Positions 14,858-23,353 of a stretch of DNA of 26,185 bases are shown here, piece after piece. Origin of the DNA: a virus (lineage: Duplodnaviria; Caudoviricetes); IMG/VR virus record IMGVR_UViG_3300017913_002299, positions 1 through 26,185 of that record; one strand, written 5' to 3'. The number at the start of each line of letters is the position of its first letter. Positions within the stretch are counted from its first letter, which is position 1. The translations under genes and the position numbers were made by a program. Below the pieces are notes generated by a model. It was not told the origin of the DNA and did no database searches. It saw nothing but the letters and a program-made list of their open reading frames with translations.

Positions 14858-16616
14858 TTTTCGTAGAGATCGCTATCTTTCAGAGTTTAGTATTAAAACT
14901 CTTCGAGATAGGTATTTAGTAAACGGAGAAACGTCTCCTCAGCAAGCCTTTGCCCGAGCAGCAGAAGCCTTTGCTGATGATGAAGCACATGCTCAAAGAC
15001 TATACGACTACGCTAGTAAACTATGGTTTATGTTTAGTACGCCTATTTTATCAAACGGAGGAACAAAACGTGGTTTACCTATTAGTTGTTTTCTTAACTA
15101 TGTTGAGGATAGCCGACTTGGTATTACAGGACACTATACCGAGAATGCTTTTCTTAGCTCTGTTGGTGGTGGAGTGGGCGGTTATTGGGGCGATGTTCGG
15201 TCTGTCGGTTCACGAACTTCGAACGGCTCCGAGTCTACAGGAGTTATTCCATTCATGAAAGTAGTTGACGCCGAAATGCTTGCATTCTCACAAGGCGTTA
15301 CACGACGAGGCAGCTATGCGTCATATTTGCCTATAGATCACCCAGAGGTAGAAGAGTTTCTAGATATTAGAAAGCCCACTGGTGGAGACGTAAATCGCAA
15401 GTCTACAAATCTTCATCACGGAGTTGTCATATCTAACAAATTTATGGAGATTATAGAAAATGCGTCATTAACTCCCGGGTTTGATGACGGATGGGACTTG
15501 ATTGACCCGCATAGTGGTAAAGTTACAAAAACAGTTTCTGCAAAAACACTTTGGGTGAAACTCATACAGAATCGAGTAGAAACCGGAGAGCCCTACATTA
15601 TGTTTGGGGATACAGTACAGGACGGATTACCTGAGTGTCAAAAGAACTTAGGGCTAAAAGTGCATCAGTCCAACTTGTGCAGTGAGATTACTTTACCTAC
15701 AAACGAAACCAGAACAGCAGTATGTTGTCTATCTAGTGTAAACTTGGAAGAGTATGATGAGTGGAGTAATGATCCTAATTTTATTCCAGACTTAGTTCGA
15801 ATGCTAGACAATGTATTGACTTATTTTATTGATAATGCACCTCCAGAGCTTTCCAGAGCAAAGTATAGTGCAGAGCAAGAACGAAGCATCGGATTAGGAG
15901 CAATGGGATTCCATGCGTATTTACAACGTCACAACGTACCGTTTGAATCGCCTATGGCCAAGGGGCGGAATATGGCAATCTTTTGGCACATCAAGTCTTG
16001 TGCAGAAGCAGCGAGTGAGCAGCTGGCTAAAGAACGAGGTGAGGCCCCTGATGCCGTGGGTACCGGTAGGCGTAATTGCCATTTATTGGCTGTTGCTCCA
16101 AACGCTTCTTCTAGCATCATCTGTGGTAACACTAGTCCTAGTATCGAGCCTTACCGTGCTAACGCATACACACAGAAGACTAAAAGCGGAAGCTCGTTAC
16201 AGAAAAACGAATATCTCCAAGCGATTCTCCAAGATTTGGAGTTGGACACTGAAGAGGTATGGAAAGACATCGTTACAAACGGAGGATCAGTACAACACCT
16301 TGAATTCTTAGACGACTGGACAAAAGATGTATTTAAAACGGCTGTAGAGATTGATCAAAGATGGGTCATTGATATGGCAGCAGATAGACAAAAGCATATT
16401 TGTCAAAGTCAGTCTCTAAATGTGTTTTTCCCCGCTAACGTATCCAAACAAGAACTTCATGCTACCCACATGATGGCATGGAAAAAGAAAGTAAAAACTC
16501 TATACTACTTACGAAGTGAGGCGTACAGAAGAGCAGAAACTGTTTCAGATCAAGTTCTGAGACAAATGGTAGTCGACAGTGCCGACGAGAGCGCGTGTTT
16601 AGCGTGCGAAGGATGA
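14841..16616 (+). CDS. nrdA: Class I ribonucleotide reductase alpha subunit, short form without ATP cone
   Basis: STPILSN, ISCF, QG.TRRGS, GEPY, SNLCSEI (thiyl Cys), CCLSS, APNASSS, TLYYLR, C-terminal CLAC. Confidence 0.95.
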   Translation: MAIEIDFRRDRYLSEFSIKTLRDRYLVNGETSPQQAFARAAEAFADDEAHAQRLYDYASKLWFMFSTPILSNGGTKRGLPISCFLNYVEDSRLGITGHYTENAFLSSVGGGVGGYWGDVRSVGSRTSNGSESTGVIPFMKVVDAEMLAFSQGVTRRGSYASYLPIDHPEVEEFLDIRKPTGGDVNRKSTNLHHGVVISNKFMEIIENASLTPGFDDGWDLIDPHSGKVTKTVSAKTLWVKLIQNRVETGEPYIMFGDTVQDGLPECQKNLGLKVHQSNLCSEITLPTNETRTAVCCLSSVNLEEYDEWSNDPNFIPDLVRMLDNVLTYFIDNAPPELSRAKYSAEQERSIGLGAMGFHAYLQRHNVPFESPMAKGRNMAIFWHIKSCAEAASEQLAKERGEAPDAVGTGRRNCHLLAVAPNASSSIICGNTSPSIEPYRANAYTQKTKSGSSLQKNEYLQAILQDLELDTEEVWKDIVTNGGSVQHLEFLDDWTKDVFKTAVEIDQRWVIDMAADRQKHICQSQSLNVFFPANVSKQELHATHMMAWKKKVKTLYYLRSEAYRRAETVSDQVLRQMVVDSADESACLACEG

Positions 16617-16619
16617 TAA

Positions 16620-17579
16620 ATGAATTTATTAACTGAAAGAGAGTACTATAAGCCCTTCAACTACCCTTGGGCTTATGAAAAATATAAAGATCAACAGCAC
16701 ATGCATTGGCTTCCTGATGAGGTTAATCTTGCAGATGATCTTAAAGATTATCGAGAAAAACTAACACCTGGGAATCGTAAACTAATTAATCAAATCTTTC
16801 GATTCTTTACTCAAGCAGATGTAGACGTATGCTGTGGCTATGCTAAACATTATCTGCCAACATTTAAGCAGCCTGAAGTGCGTATGATGCTATCTGCATT
16901 CGCAGCAATGGAAGCAGTGCACCAAGAAGCCTATTCACTTTTACTAGAGACTCTTGGCTTTGGGGACGATGAGTACCAAAAGTTTTTTGAGCACAAAGAG
17001 ATGATGGATAAGCATGAGCATCTATCTGACTTTGGAATGGATAGTCCTATGAATATTGCAAAAACTCTTGCAGTATACAGCGGATTTACAGAGGGAGTAC
17101 AATTATTTAGTAGTTTTGCAATTTTACTTAATTTCCCTCGTCACAACCTTATGAAAGGTATGGGACAAATTGTAACATGGAGTATTCGAGACGAAACCCT
17201 TCATGTAGAAGGCATGTCACAGTTATTCCGTACATTTATTCAGGAAAACCCTGAACTATGGAATGACGATCTTAAATACGAAATTTATTGTGCTGCAGAA
17301 CGCACAGTAGAATTAGAAGATGCTTTTATTGATCTTTGCTTTGAGGGAGCTGAAGTCCCTGATCTAACAGCAAAAGAAGTAAAAGAGTATATTCGTTATA
17401 TTGCAGATAGAAGGCTTCTAGGTCTTGGATTGAAAAAAATCTTTCATAGTAAAGAGAATCCACTGCCTTGGCTGGACTATATGTTAAATGCAGTTGAGCA
17501 TACCAACTTTTTTGAGAACCGTGCTACAGAGTATGCTAGAGCTAGTACGACTGGTAATTGGCAAGATGTTTTTAAATAG
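16620..17579 (+). CDS. nrdB: Class Ia ribonucleotide reductase beta subunit
   Basis: W.PDEV, FFTQAD, EAVHQEAY (radical Tyr), EGVQLF, DETLH, NFFENRATEY. Confidence 0.95.
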   Translation: MNLLTEREYYKPFNYPWAYEKYKDQQHMHWLPDEVNLADDLKDYREKLTPGNRKLINQIFRFFTQADVDVCCGYAKHYLPTFKQPEVRMMLSAFAAMEAVHQEAYSLLLETLGFGDDEYQKFFEHKEMMDKHEHLSDFGMDSPMNIAKTLAVYSGFTEGVQLFSSFAILLNFPRHNLMKGMGQIVTWSIRDETLHVEGMSQLFRTFIQENPELWNDDLKYEIYCAAERTVELEDAFIDLCFEGAEVPDLTAKEVKEYIRYIADRRLLGLGLKKIFHSKENPLPWLDYMLNAVEHTNFFENRATEYARASTTGNWQDVFK

Positions 17580-17587
17580 GAGATTTT

Positions 17588-17857
17588 ATGCAAATCATCA
17601 ATCCAGATAATCCCACCGTCGTATTAGACGGAGAAGAACATGAAATTGAAAAGCTGAATGAGAACTGTAAGTATTATATTGATCAATACACAGATTTAAA
17701 TGCTCAGCTTACACAACTTCGTGCAAAAATGCACCAAATTGAGGTTGCACGTGCAGGTTTTATTAGTCTTTTAAAGGGAGAGATTGCTGCACAAAATAAT
17801 GTGTTCAAAGACGAGGCTACCATAGATGAAGCAGCAGAGGAAGAAGTCGAAGGGTAG
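17588..17857 (+). CDS. Small beta-hairpin + coiled-coil protein (DUF6447-like)
   Basis: TVVLDGEEHEIEKLNE followed by a heptad helix. SD AGGAG. DUF assignment is from memory. Confidence 0.7.
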   Translation: MQIINPDNPTVVLDGEEHEIEKLNENCKYYIDQYTDLNAQLTQLRAKMHQIEVARAGFISLLKGEIAAQNNVFKDEATIDEAAEEEVEG

Positions 17858-18089
17858 TATAGAGGATGCGATTGAGCTTCGCCCAGAAAGTGAGTGGGAA
17901 GACGAAAATCGTAGGCCAGTAGAAGATGTCAGTGCTACTGATCTATCTGATACAGCTATTCATTATTTGGCACAAATACAAGACCTGCAAGATCAGCTAG
18001 AGCAAGAGTATTTAAAAGTACAACGGCTGGAAATGGCTATAAAAGGGTTTAGTATGGCACTACAGGAAGAAATAGAAAAGGGGCAATAA
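17826..18089 (+). CDS. Small coiled-coil protein, probable paralog of the preceding gene
   Basis: DLSDTAIHYLAQIQDLQDQL...RLEMAIKGFSMALQEEI aligns with KLNENCKYYIDQYTDLNAQL...QIEVARAGFISLLKGEI. Confidence 0.7.
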   Translation: MKQQRKKSKGSIEDAIELRPESEWEDENRRPVEDVSATDLSDTAIHYLAQIQDLQDQLEQEYLKVQRLEMAIKGFSMALQEEIEKGQ

Positions 18090-18103
18090 GCCCCTTTTTT
18101 ATT
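18071..18103. terminator. Bidirectional intrinsic terminator between the convergent replication and structural blocks
   Basis: AATAGAAAAGGGGC-AATAA-GCCCCTTTTTTATT: GC stem with T-tracts on both strands. Confidence 0.9.
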
Positions 18104-20678
18104 ACCCATCTAATGCTGCTGTGGGCGGTGTGAAGTTTGCTGTGTATCTTGCTAGGCCTTTAGTAATGCGGAAGTCTGATATGTAGCCATTAAAATCATA
18201 GGCATTGGATTGATAATATCTGCCCAACCATATCAAATTATCATTAGTGAAATCAGTAGTTATACTAGCGGTGCCCTCCGATGTTCCATTTACCCAGAGA
18301 GTGCATGTGCCGGAATCTCTTGTAACAGCTACGTGATGCCATTGACTCGCAGAAAACGTGCTAGAACTTGTTATTTTAAAAGCAGAGTTTTGATAGAAAA
18401 TATATGTACCCGAAGTATAAGACCAGAAAAGTGCCATGTTGGCAGTATCGGAACCTGATCTAAAATCCCACGGGATGTACCAACTGGTAGAGGTCGGGTA
18501 AAACCACCCTTCTATAGTAAAATCTCCCGTACCAAAGTTAGTTAAACGATTACCCGCCGGTATTGTAATATAATCATCCGTCCCATCAAAATACATTGAT
18601 GTAGGCAAATACTTATACTGAGCAGTAGATGCTGTGGTATCTCCTGCAAGAGTTAATCTTTCTACTGACTGTGCCTTGTCAAGTATTTTTGCGCCTTGCA
18701 TATTAAGAAGTAAAGAAGTATTTGTAATTGCTGTGAGAGGTGCGGTTGGGGGCGTAAACTCTGCTGTATAAACTGCGGTGCCTTTTACCACACGAAGATC
18801 TGCAAGATGCCCTCTTATGTAGCTATTTGCTCCGTCCCAGTTGCCTCCGCCAATCTTTGCACCGGCATTATTATAGCTAAGATTATAGCTCGCATTATCA
18901 CTAGCTGAGCCATTGTTTTCGCCATTTACATAGAGTGTAACGGTTTGATTTCCAATTGCACCTGTTCTAACCAATGCAAAATGATTCCAAGTATCATATG
19001 GATACGTTTTGGAACCAACAATAATATTATTAGTTCCTGCATTGTTATAGCCATATTTAGCTACTTGGAACTTATTAGCATTTCCTGTATTATTAAAACG
19101 TAGTGAAAATGAGACACTATTATTCCATGTCGTACTACTAATAATACTTGGATAATTAGTAGTTGCTGCACTGCCATCTTGTCGGAACCAGCCTTCTATT
19201 GTAAAATTACCATCCAAGTCTAAAGTATTAGTTGAATCAATTGCTAAATAATCACCATTTCCATCAAAATATACGGAGCCCCCATGACTTGCTGCCGAGT
19301 ATTCTTGCGAATCATACGGTGTAAATGGTTCTGTTTTAACAGTACCGGATGTAGTGAGTGCATGACTATTAGAGGATTCATCTACTATATAAGGCTTTTG
19401 CCCTAGCAAAATTTTAGTATTTGTTACTTCTTCTAAGTCTTCGGACGGTGTTGTGATTGACGACGCACTAGCATCGTAAGGATGAGATCCATTTATAAAT
19501 CGTAAACTCTTAATATATTCTTCAGCTCCTTCAGTTCCATTTCCAGTATGTCCCACAAATAAATAAGTATTGCCTCCATCAATAGCACTAGTATATGAAT
19601 CATTTGAAGCTATTCGGGTTCCATTATAAAACAGACCAATACTATTTCCGGATCGTGCTACAAGAAGATGATTCCACTGTCCTTTATCAAACGTTGTGCT
19701 TGAAATTAATTTTCTACCTAAGCCGGAAGCATCGTCCCAGTAAACAGTTATATAATTAGAGTGAGCTCCATCGCTAAGAGTAAGTCCAAAAGATTTTGAG
19801 TTGTTATAGAACGGGCCAAGTCCAAAAGCTCTAGCATATGTGGCAAAACTATGAGATGACGGTACATACACCCAAGCCTCATATGCCCAATCCCCCGTGC
19901 CTCCTATATCAAAATCAGCACTAGTAGGAGACCTTACATACGACGTATTTGTAGCTAAATAAGTTGAGTACCCAGCGTGCCGATAAGGACTAAAACTGTT
20001 TTGAGTTGCATCTCCAGTTACACTTACAGTGCGAGAATTGCCAGAAGAGTCTGTAAATGAATTATTTGCGCCTGAATTTCCTGCAGTAGTAATTAATGCA
20101 GTTGTATAGTTTTGATTTTCTACAGTAAACTTCAAGGTAAACGAAGATATAGCACTTGCTACATTTACACCGTCACTTGCACGGAATGTAAGTGAGAATG
20201 TTCCTGCATCTGCAGTAGATGTAGAAGGAGTAATTGTAAATGTATTTACATTTGCTCCTGTGCCTTGAGTAACTGTTGCAATGTTCCCAGAAGTGTCAGA
20301 GGCAATACTATAAGTAATTGGAAGGCCTTCAGGGTCGGCAGCAACAATTGTAATTGTGGTTGCAGTGCCATCACTTGCAAGTGCATAAGAAGAATCAGGC
20401 TGAGTACTCCAAGTCGGAGTTGTATTAATTAAAGCAATATTATACCAACCGCTACCATTCCAAATATAAAGACGGTTTGTGCCGCTTACAAATGCTTGAT
20501 CTCCTGTCGTTGCACTTCCAGGAAGGTCATTTACGGTCGCATATACAGCAGCAGTTGGGCCCGCTACCTCTGTAGCAGTGGTATCCCACTTATTTTTTGC
20601 ACTATTGTATGTATACGTTCTTCCGCTGATTACTTGCGTTGCTCCATCTGCGGGACTGTCTGTAAAATTAATTGCCAT
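18102..20678 (-). CDS. Tail-fibre/adhesin-like virion protein: N-terminal module, cadherin/Ig-like domain, three LamG (ConA-like) domains
   Basis: MAINF.DSP..G N-terminus, DPEGLPITYSI Ig-like domain, three units with (F/W).(I/Y)E.W...W.H....R......L..NG ending ..LR....Y....TPP. SD AAGGAG. Confidence 0.8.
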   Translation of the reverse strand: MAINFTDSPADGATQVISGRTYTYNSAKNKWDTTATEVAGPTAAVYATVNDLPGSATTGDQAFVSGTNRLYIWNGSGWYNIALINTTPTWSTQPDSSYALASDGTATTITIVAADPEGLPITYSIASDTSGNIATVTQGTGANVNTFTITPSTSTADAGTFSLTFRASDGVNVASAISSFTLKFTVENQNYTTALITTAGNSGANNSFTDSSGNSRTVSVTGDATQNSFSPYRHAGYSTYLATNTSYVRSPTSADFDIGGTGDWAYEAWVYVPSSHSFATYARAFGLGPFYNNSKSFGLTLSDGAHSNYITVYWDDASGLGRKLISSTTFDKGQWNHLLVARSGNSIGLFYNGTRIASNDSYTSAIDGGNTYLFVGHTGNGTEGAEEYIKSLRFINGSHPYDASASSITTPSEDLEEVTNTKILLGQKPYIVDESSNSHALTTSGTVKTEPFTPYDSQEYSAASHGGSVYFDGNGDYLAIDSTNTLDLDGNFTIEGWFRQDGSAATTNYPSIISSTTWNNSVSFSLRFNNTGNANKFQVAKYGYNNAGTNNIIVGSKTYPYDTWNHFALVRTGAIGNQTVTLYVNGENNGSASDNASYNLSYNNAGAKIGGGNWDGANSYIRGHLADLRVVKGTAVYTAEFTPPTAPLTAITNTSLLLNMQGAKILDKAQSVERLTLAGDTTASTAQYKYLPTSMYFDGTDDYITIPAGNRLTNFGTGDFTIEGWFYPTSTSWYIPWDFRSGSDTANMALFWSYTSGTYIFYQNSAFKITSSSTFSASQWHHVAVTRDSGTCTLWVNGTSEGTASITTDFTNDNLIWLGRYYQSNAYDFNGYISDFRITKGLARYTANFTPPTAALDG
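18130..18155. repeat. 26-bp exact repeat (copy 1) encoding the shared C-terminal LARYTANFT
   Basis: GTGAAGTTTGCTGTGTATCTTGCTAG, identical at 23382-23407. Confidence 0.9.
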
Positions 20679-20688
20679 TCTTTACTCC

Positions 20689-22074
20689 TTAGAATGTAAT
20701 GCTACCATTGCCTGTAAATGAGTATACATAATATCCTGATCTACCGCTAGTATCTAGAGTATATGTTCCCGTTACTGTAGTCGCTGCTCGAGGCGCTGCA
20801 ATAATTACAACTCCATCATTTCCTGCTTTACTTACGAAACTATTATTATTCCAGATACCTCCATAACCTCCATTACCAATCACATTGTCTCCACCACCAG
20901 TACCATAAGAGCCTAAAGATACGTCGAAACCGCCGGAGTATCCACCACCTGCATAGTATGTTGCTGTTCCCGTAATTGAAGACTGTTTAGCATCTCCACC
21001 GTTACCTCCTAAAGTAGCACTGCCGTTTGTTCCTGCAGACCCAGCACCGCCACCGCCTCCAGCACCTTCATTTGAGTAGTCATCTCCGCCATCATTACCA
21101 AAACCTTTTCCGCCGTAAGAAGCCTGTAATCCTAATCCTGGGCCGTTGGAAGCACGTCCTGCACCTCCTCCGGAACCTCCATTGAGAGCTGTGGTCAGGT
21201 CAGTACCAGTAAAGTTGCCGACACCACCTCCGCCACCTCCTCCAGTAGCAACATAAATATCTGAGCCTCCAGACGCAATACTACTATTTCCACCCCTGGA
21301 ACCAAGTGCACCTTGTGATGGCGCTACAGCGCCTCCTGTACCCACTGTAATATCATATGTAGTTCCTGGAGAGAAGTCGTAGGAAGGATCTTCAACGTAG
21401 CCTCCGCCACCTCCGCCACCGCCAGCAGGATCATTACCCCCGCCTCCACCACCAACAAGTAGCATTTCTGCATTAACAAGGAATGTAAGAGAAAAGTTTA
21501 CAAAACGAGTAGAAGTCTGTACTCCGTCAGACGCGCTCAATCGTGCTTTAAAATTGCCCGCATTGCTAGATGTGGTTGTGGGGGTAAATGTATACGTTCC
21601 CGTAGTTTGATTTATAGTAGTAGCAGAGCCTAGTTGGTCTGGAAGAGCGTTTGTAGAGTTTGCATAAGCAATTCCATAAGTAATTGCAGTTCCTTCGGGA
21701 TCTACTGCTTGCATTTGTACAGTACTAGTGCTGCCATCACTATTTAACTCATGAGATGTGGGCGGCTCCGTATAGATAATAGGACTTTCACCGTCACCAG
21801 TTGAACCATCAGCACCGTCAGCACCGTCAGCACCATCTGATCCGCCAGAAGGATTTAGTTGTACCCATTGACTTGACGAGCCGTCATTATAGTAAATATA
21901 CGTTTTTGCTACGCTTGAGTCAAACCAAAGATCTCCTTGCGAAGGATTTGTAGGAGGACTGTCAGACATCGGAACTGAGGCCGCAGAAGCCTCCCACACT
22001 CCTTTTGTTGAGTTGTAAATAAATCCAGCATGAGCATCCCCATTGCTTGGACTATTTGGAAAATTAATTGCCAT
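20689..22074 (-). CDS. Fibre-like virion protein: N-terminal module, GDLW module, short collagen-like repeat, Ig-like domain, glycine-rich C-terminal domain
   Basis: MAINFPNSP, PSQGDLWFDS, GADGADGADG, DPEGTAITYGI, LLVGGGGGG...YDITVGTGG...YYAGGG...GNDGVVII...YSFTGNGSITF. Confidence 0.8.
   Translation of the reverse strand: MAINFPNSPSNGDAHAGFIYNSTKGVWEASAASVPMSDSPPTNPSQGDLWFDSSVAKTYIYYNDGSSSQWVQLNPSGGSDGADGADGADGSTGDGESPIIYTEPPTSHELNSDGSTSTVQMQAVDPEGTAITYGIAYANSTNALPDQLGSATTINQTTGTYTFTPTTTSSNAGNFKARLSASDGVQTSTRFVNFSLTFLVNAEMLLVGGGGGGNDPAGGGGGGGGYVEDPSYDFSPGTTYDITVGTGGAVAPSQGALGSRGGNSSIASGGSDIYVATGGGGGGGVGNFTGTDLTTALNGGSGGGAGRASNGPGLGLQASYGGKGFGNDGGDDYSNEGAGGGGGAGSAGTNGSATLGGNGGDAKQSSITGTATYYAGGGYSGGFDVSLGSYGTGGGDNVIGNGGYGGIWNNNSFVSKAGNDGVVIIAAPRAATTVTGTYTLDTSGRSGYYVYSFTGNGSITF
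21805..21837. repeat. 9-bp tandem repeat encoding collagen-like (GAD)n
   Basis: ACCATCAGC ACCGTCAGC ACCGTCAGC ACCATC on the + strand. Confidence 0.85.
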
Positions 22075-22083
22075 TTTTTACTC

Positions 22084-23349
22084 CTATCTGAAATCGTAAA
22101 ACTTACTGACCGCAGCAGCACTTACTGTGTTATTTACAAAAGTATATTGAGTTGAAACTAAATCAGATGCTGTATTTCCGCCTATATATGCTTGAACATA
22201 TCCAGTAGTCCAATAGTCAAAACCATTTGTAGCGTCTCCTGATATAAGAATTCCTTTAATTGTACGAGCTGTTGTCCATTTTAAATCAAAAGTGTCATTT
22301 GCAGTGCTTTCGCTCACGTAAGCATTATTAAAGCTTGATAAAGTTATTCCAAAAGTTGCCAAAGCTTCATCAACAAAAAACTTGCCATAGTAGCCTGTAG
22401 TGTTAGTGACAGCAGCATCTACATCATTTCCCCAACTTGGAGTAGGCGACCAGCTTGCTTCTGTTCCAAATCCCGTTTCGTCATGAATTGATCCATCCCC
22501 GCTAAGTATAACAGTGTTAAATACGGTATGATTATAAGAGTTACTCGTCTGTACAAATCTAAAGCCGTAAACATCCGCTAATCCAAATGATAAATTAAAA
22601 GGAATTGTTCGCACAGTAACTCGATTACCATCAGAAGCTGTTAACCTTGCATTAAAACTTCCCGCATTGCTTTCAGTAGTAGTGGGAGTAAACGTAAATA
22701 CCCCCGTTGACTGATTAATAGTAGTTGCTGACGCAAGTTGGGACGGAAGAGTGCCTCCTGAAGTATTATACTTAATACCGTATTCAATATTAAAACCTTC
22801 TGGATCTTCTGCGACCATAGTAAGAGTGCTTGTAGTACCATCACTATTTAAGTCATGAGAAGTTGCAGGTTCCGTCGTAACTCGAGGACTTTCATCACTG
22901 CCTGCAGCTATACGATCCCACTCTGTACCGTCCCATACATATAATGCTTTTGTGTCTTGAGCAATTGCAAAGTCGCCTAAGGTATTTCCAGATGAAGGAA
23001 ATGCTGCAAGATTTGTATATGATGTAGGGGTTGCATCTGCTCCCGCTGCTCCCGCTGCTCCAGCGGGGCCTGTTGATCCAGGAACACTTACGCTCACCCA
23101 CTGACTTGAATCAGTATCTTCATAGTAAACGTACATTTTACCGCCGTCAGAGTCCCACCACAAATCTCCGTCACTTGGGGAACTTGGAGCCGTATCATCT
23201 GTAGTCACCGAAGCGCCGCCTCCCCCGCCTCCGCCGGAACTTGCGGCTGCTGTCCAGTAGCCCTTACTCGAATTATAAGTATAAGTAATTCCACCAACAG
23301 TTTGTGTAGTGCCGTTGGCTGGATTATCTGGTAAATTTACTGCTGCCAT
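22084..23349 (-). CDS. Fibre-like virion protein: N-terminal module, GDLW module, collagen-like repeat, Ig-like domain, C-terminal beta-rich (possibly discoidin/F5-8C-like) head
   Basis: NLPDNPANG...YTYNSSKGYW, PSDGDLWWDS, GPAGAAGAAG, DPEGFNIEYGI, C-terminal FDLKWTTARTIKGILISG. Confidence 0.78.
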   Translation of the reverse strand: MAAVNLPDNPANGTTQTVGGITYTYNSSKGYWTAAASSGGGGGGGASVTTDDTAPSSPSDGDLWWDSDGGKMYVYYEDTDSSQWVSVSVPGSTGPAGAAGAAGADATPTSYTNLAAFPSSGNTLGDFAIAQDTKALYVWDGTEWDRIAAGSDESPRVTTEPATSHDLNSDGTTSTLTMVAEDPEGFNIEYGIKYNTSGGTLPSQLASATTINQSTGVFTFTPTTTESNAGSFNARLTASDGNRVTVRTIPFNLSFGLADVYGFRFVQTSNSYNHTVFNTVILSGDGSIHDETGFGTEASWSPTPSWGNDVDAAVTNTTGYYGKFFVDEALATFGITLSSFNNAYVSESTANDTFDLKWTTARTIKGILISGDATNGFDYWTTGYVQAYIGGNTASDLVSTQYTFVNNTVSAAAVSKFYDFR

Positions 23350-23353
23350 AATA

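Noticed and set aside
134-16311. Numerous 60-140-aa alternative-frame and antisense ORFs nested in the replication genes (e.g. 6668-7021, 10661-11083, 14950-15258, 15913-16311)
   Set aside because: They are shadows of well-supported genes, with no convincing SD, motif or protein-like composition.
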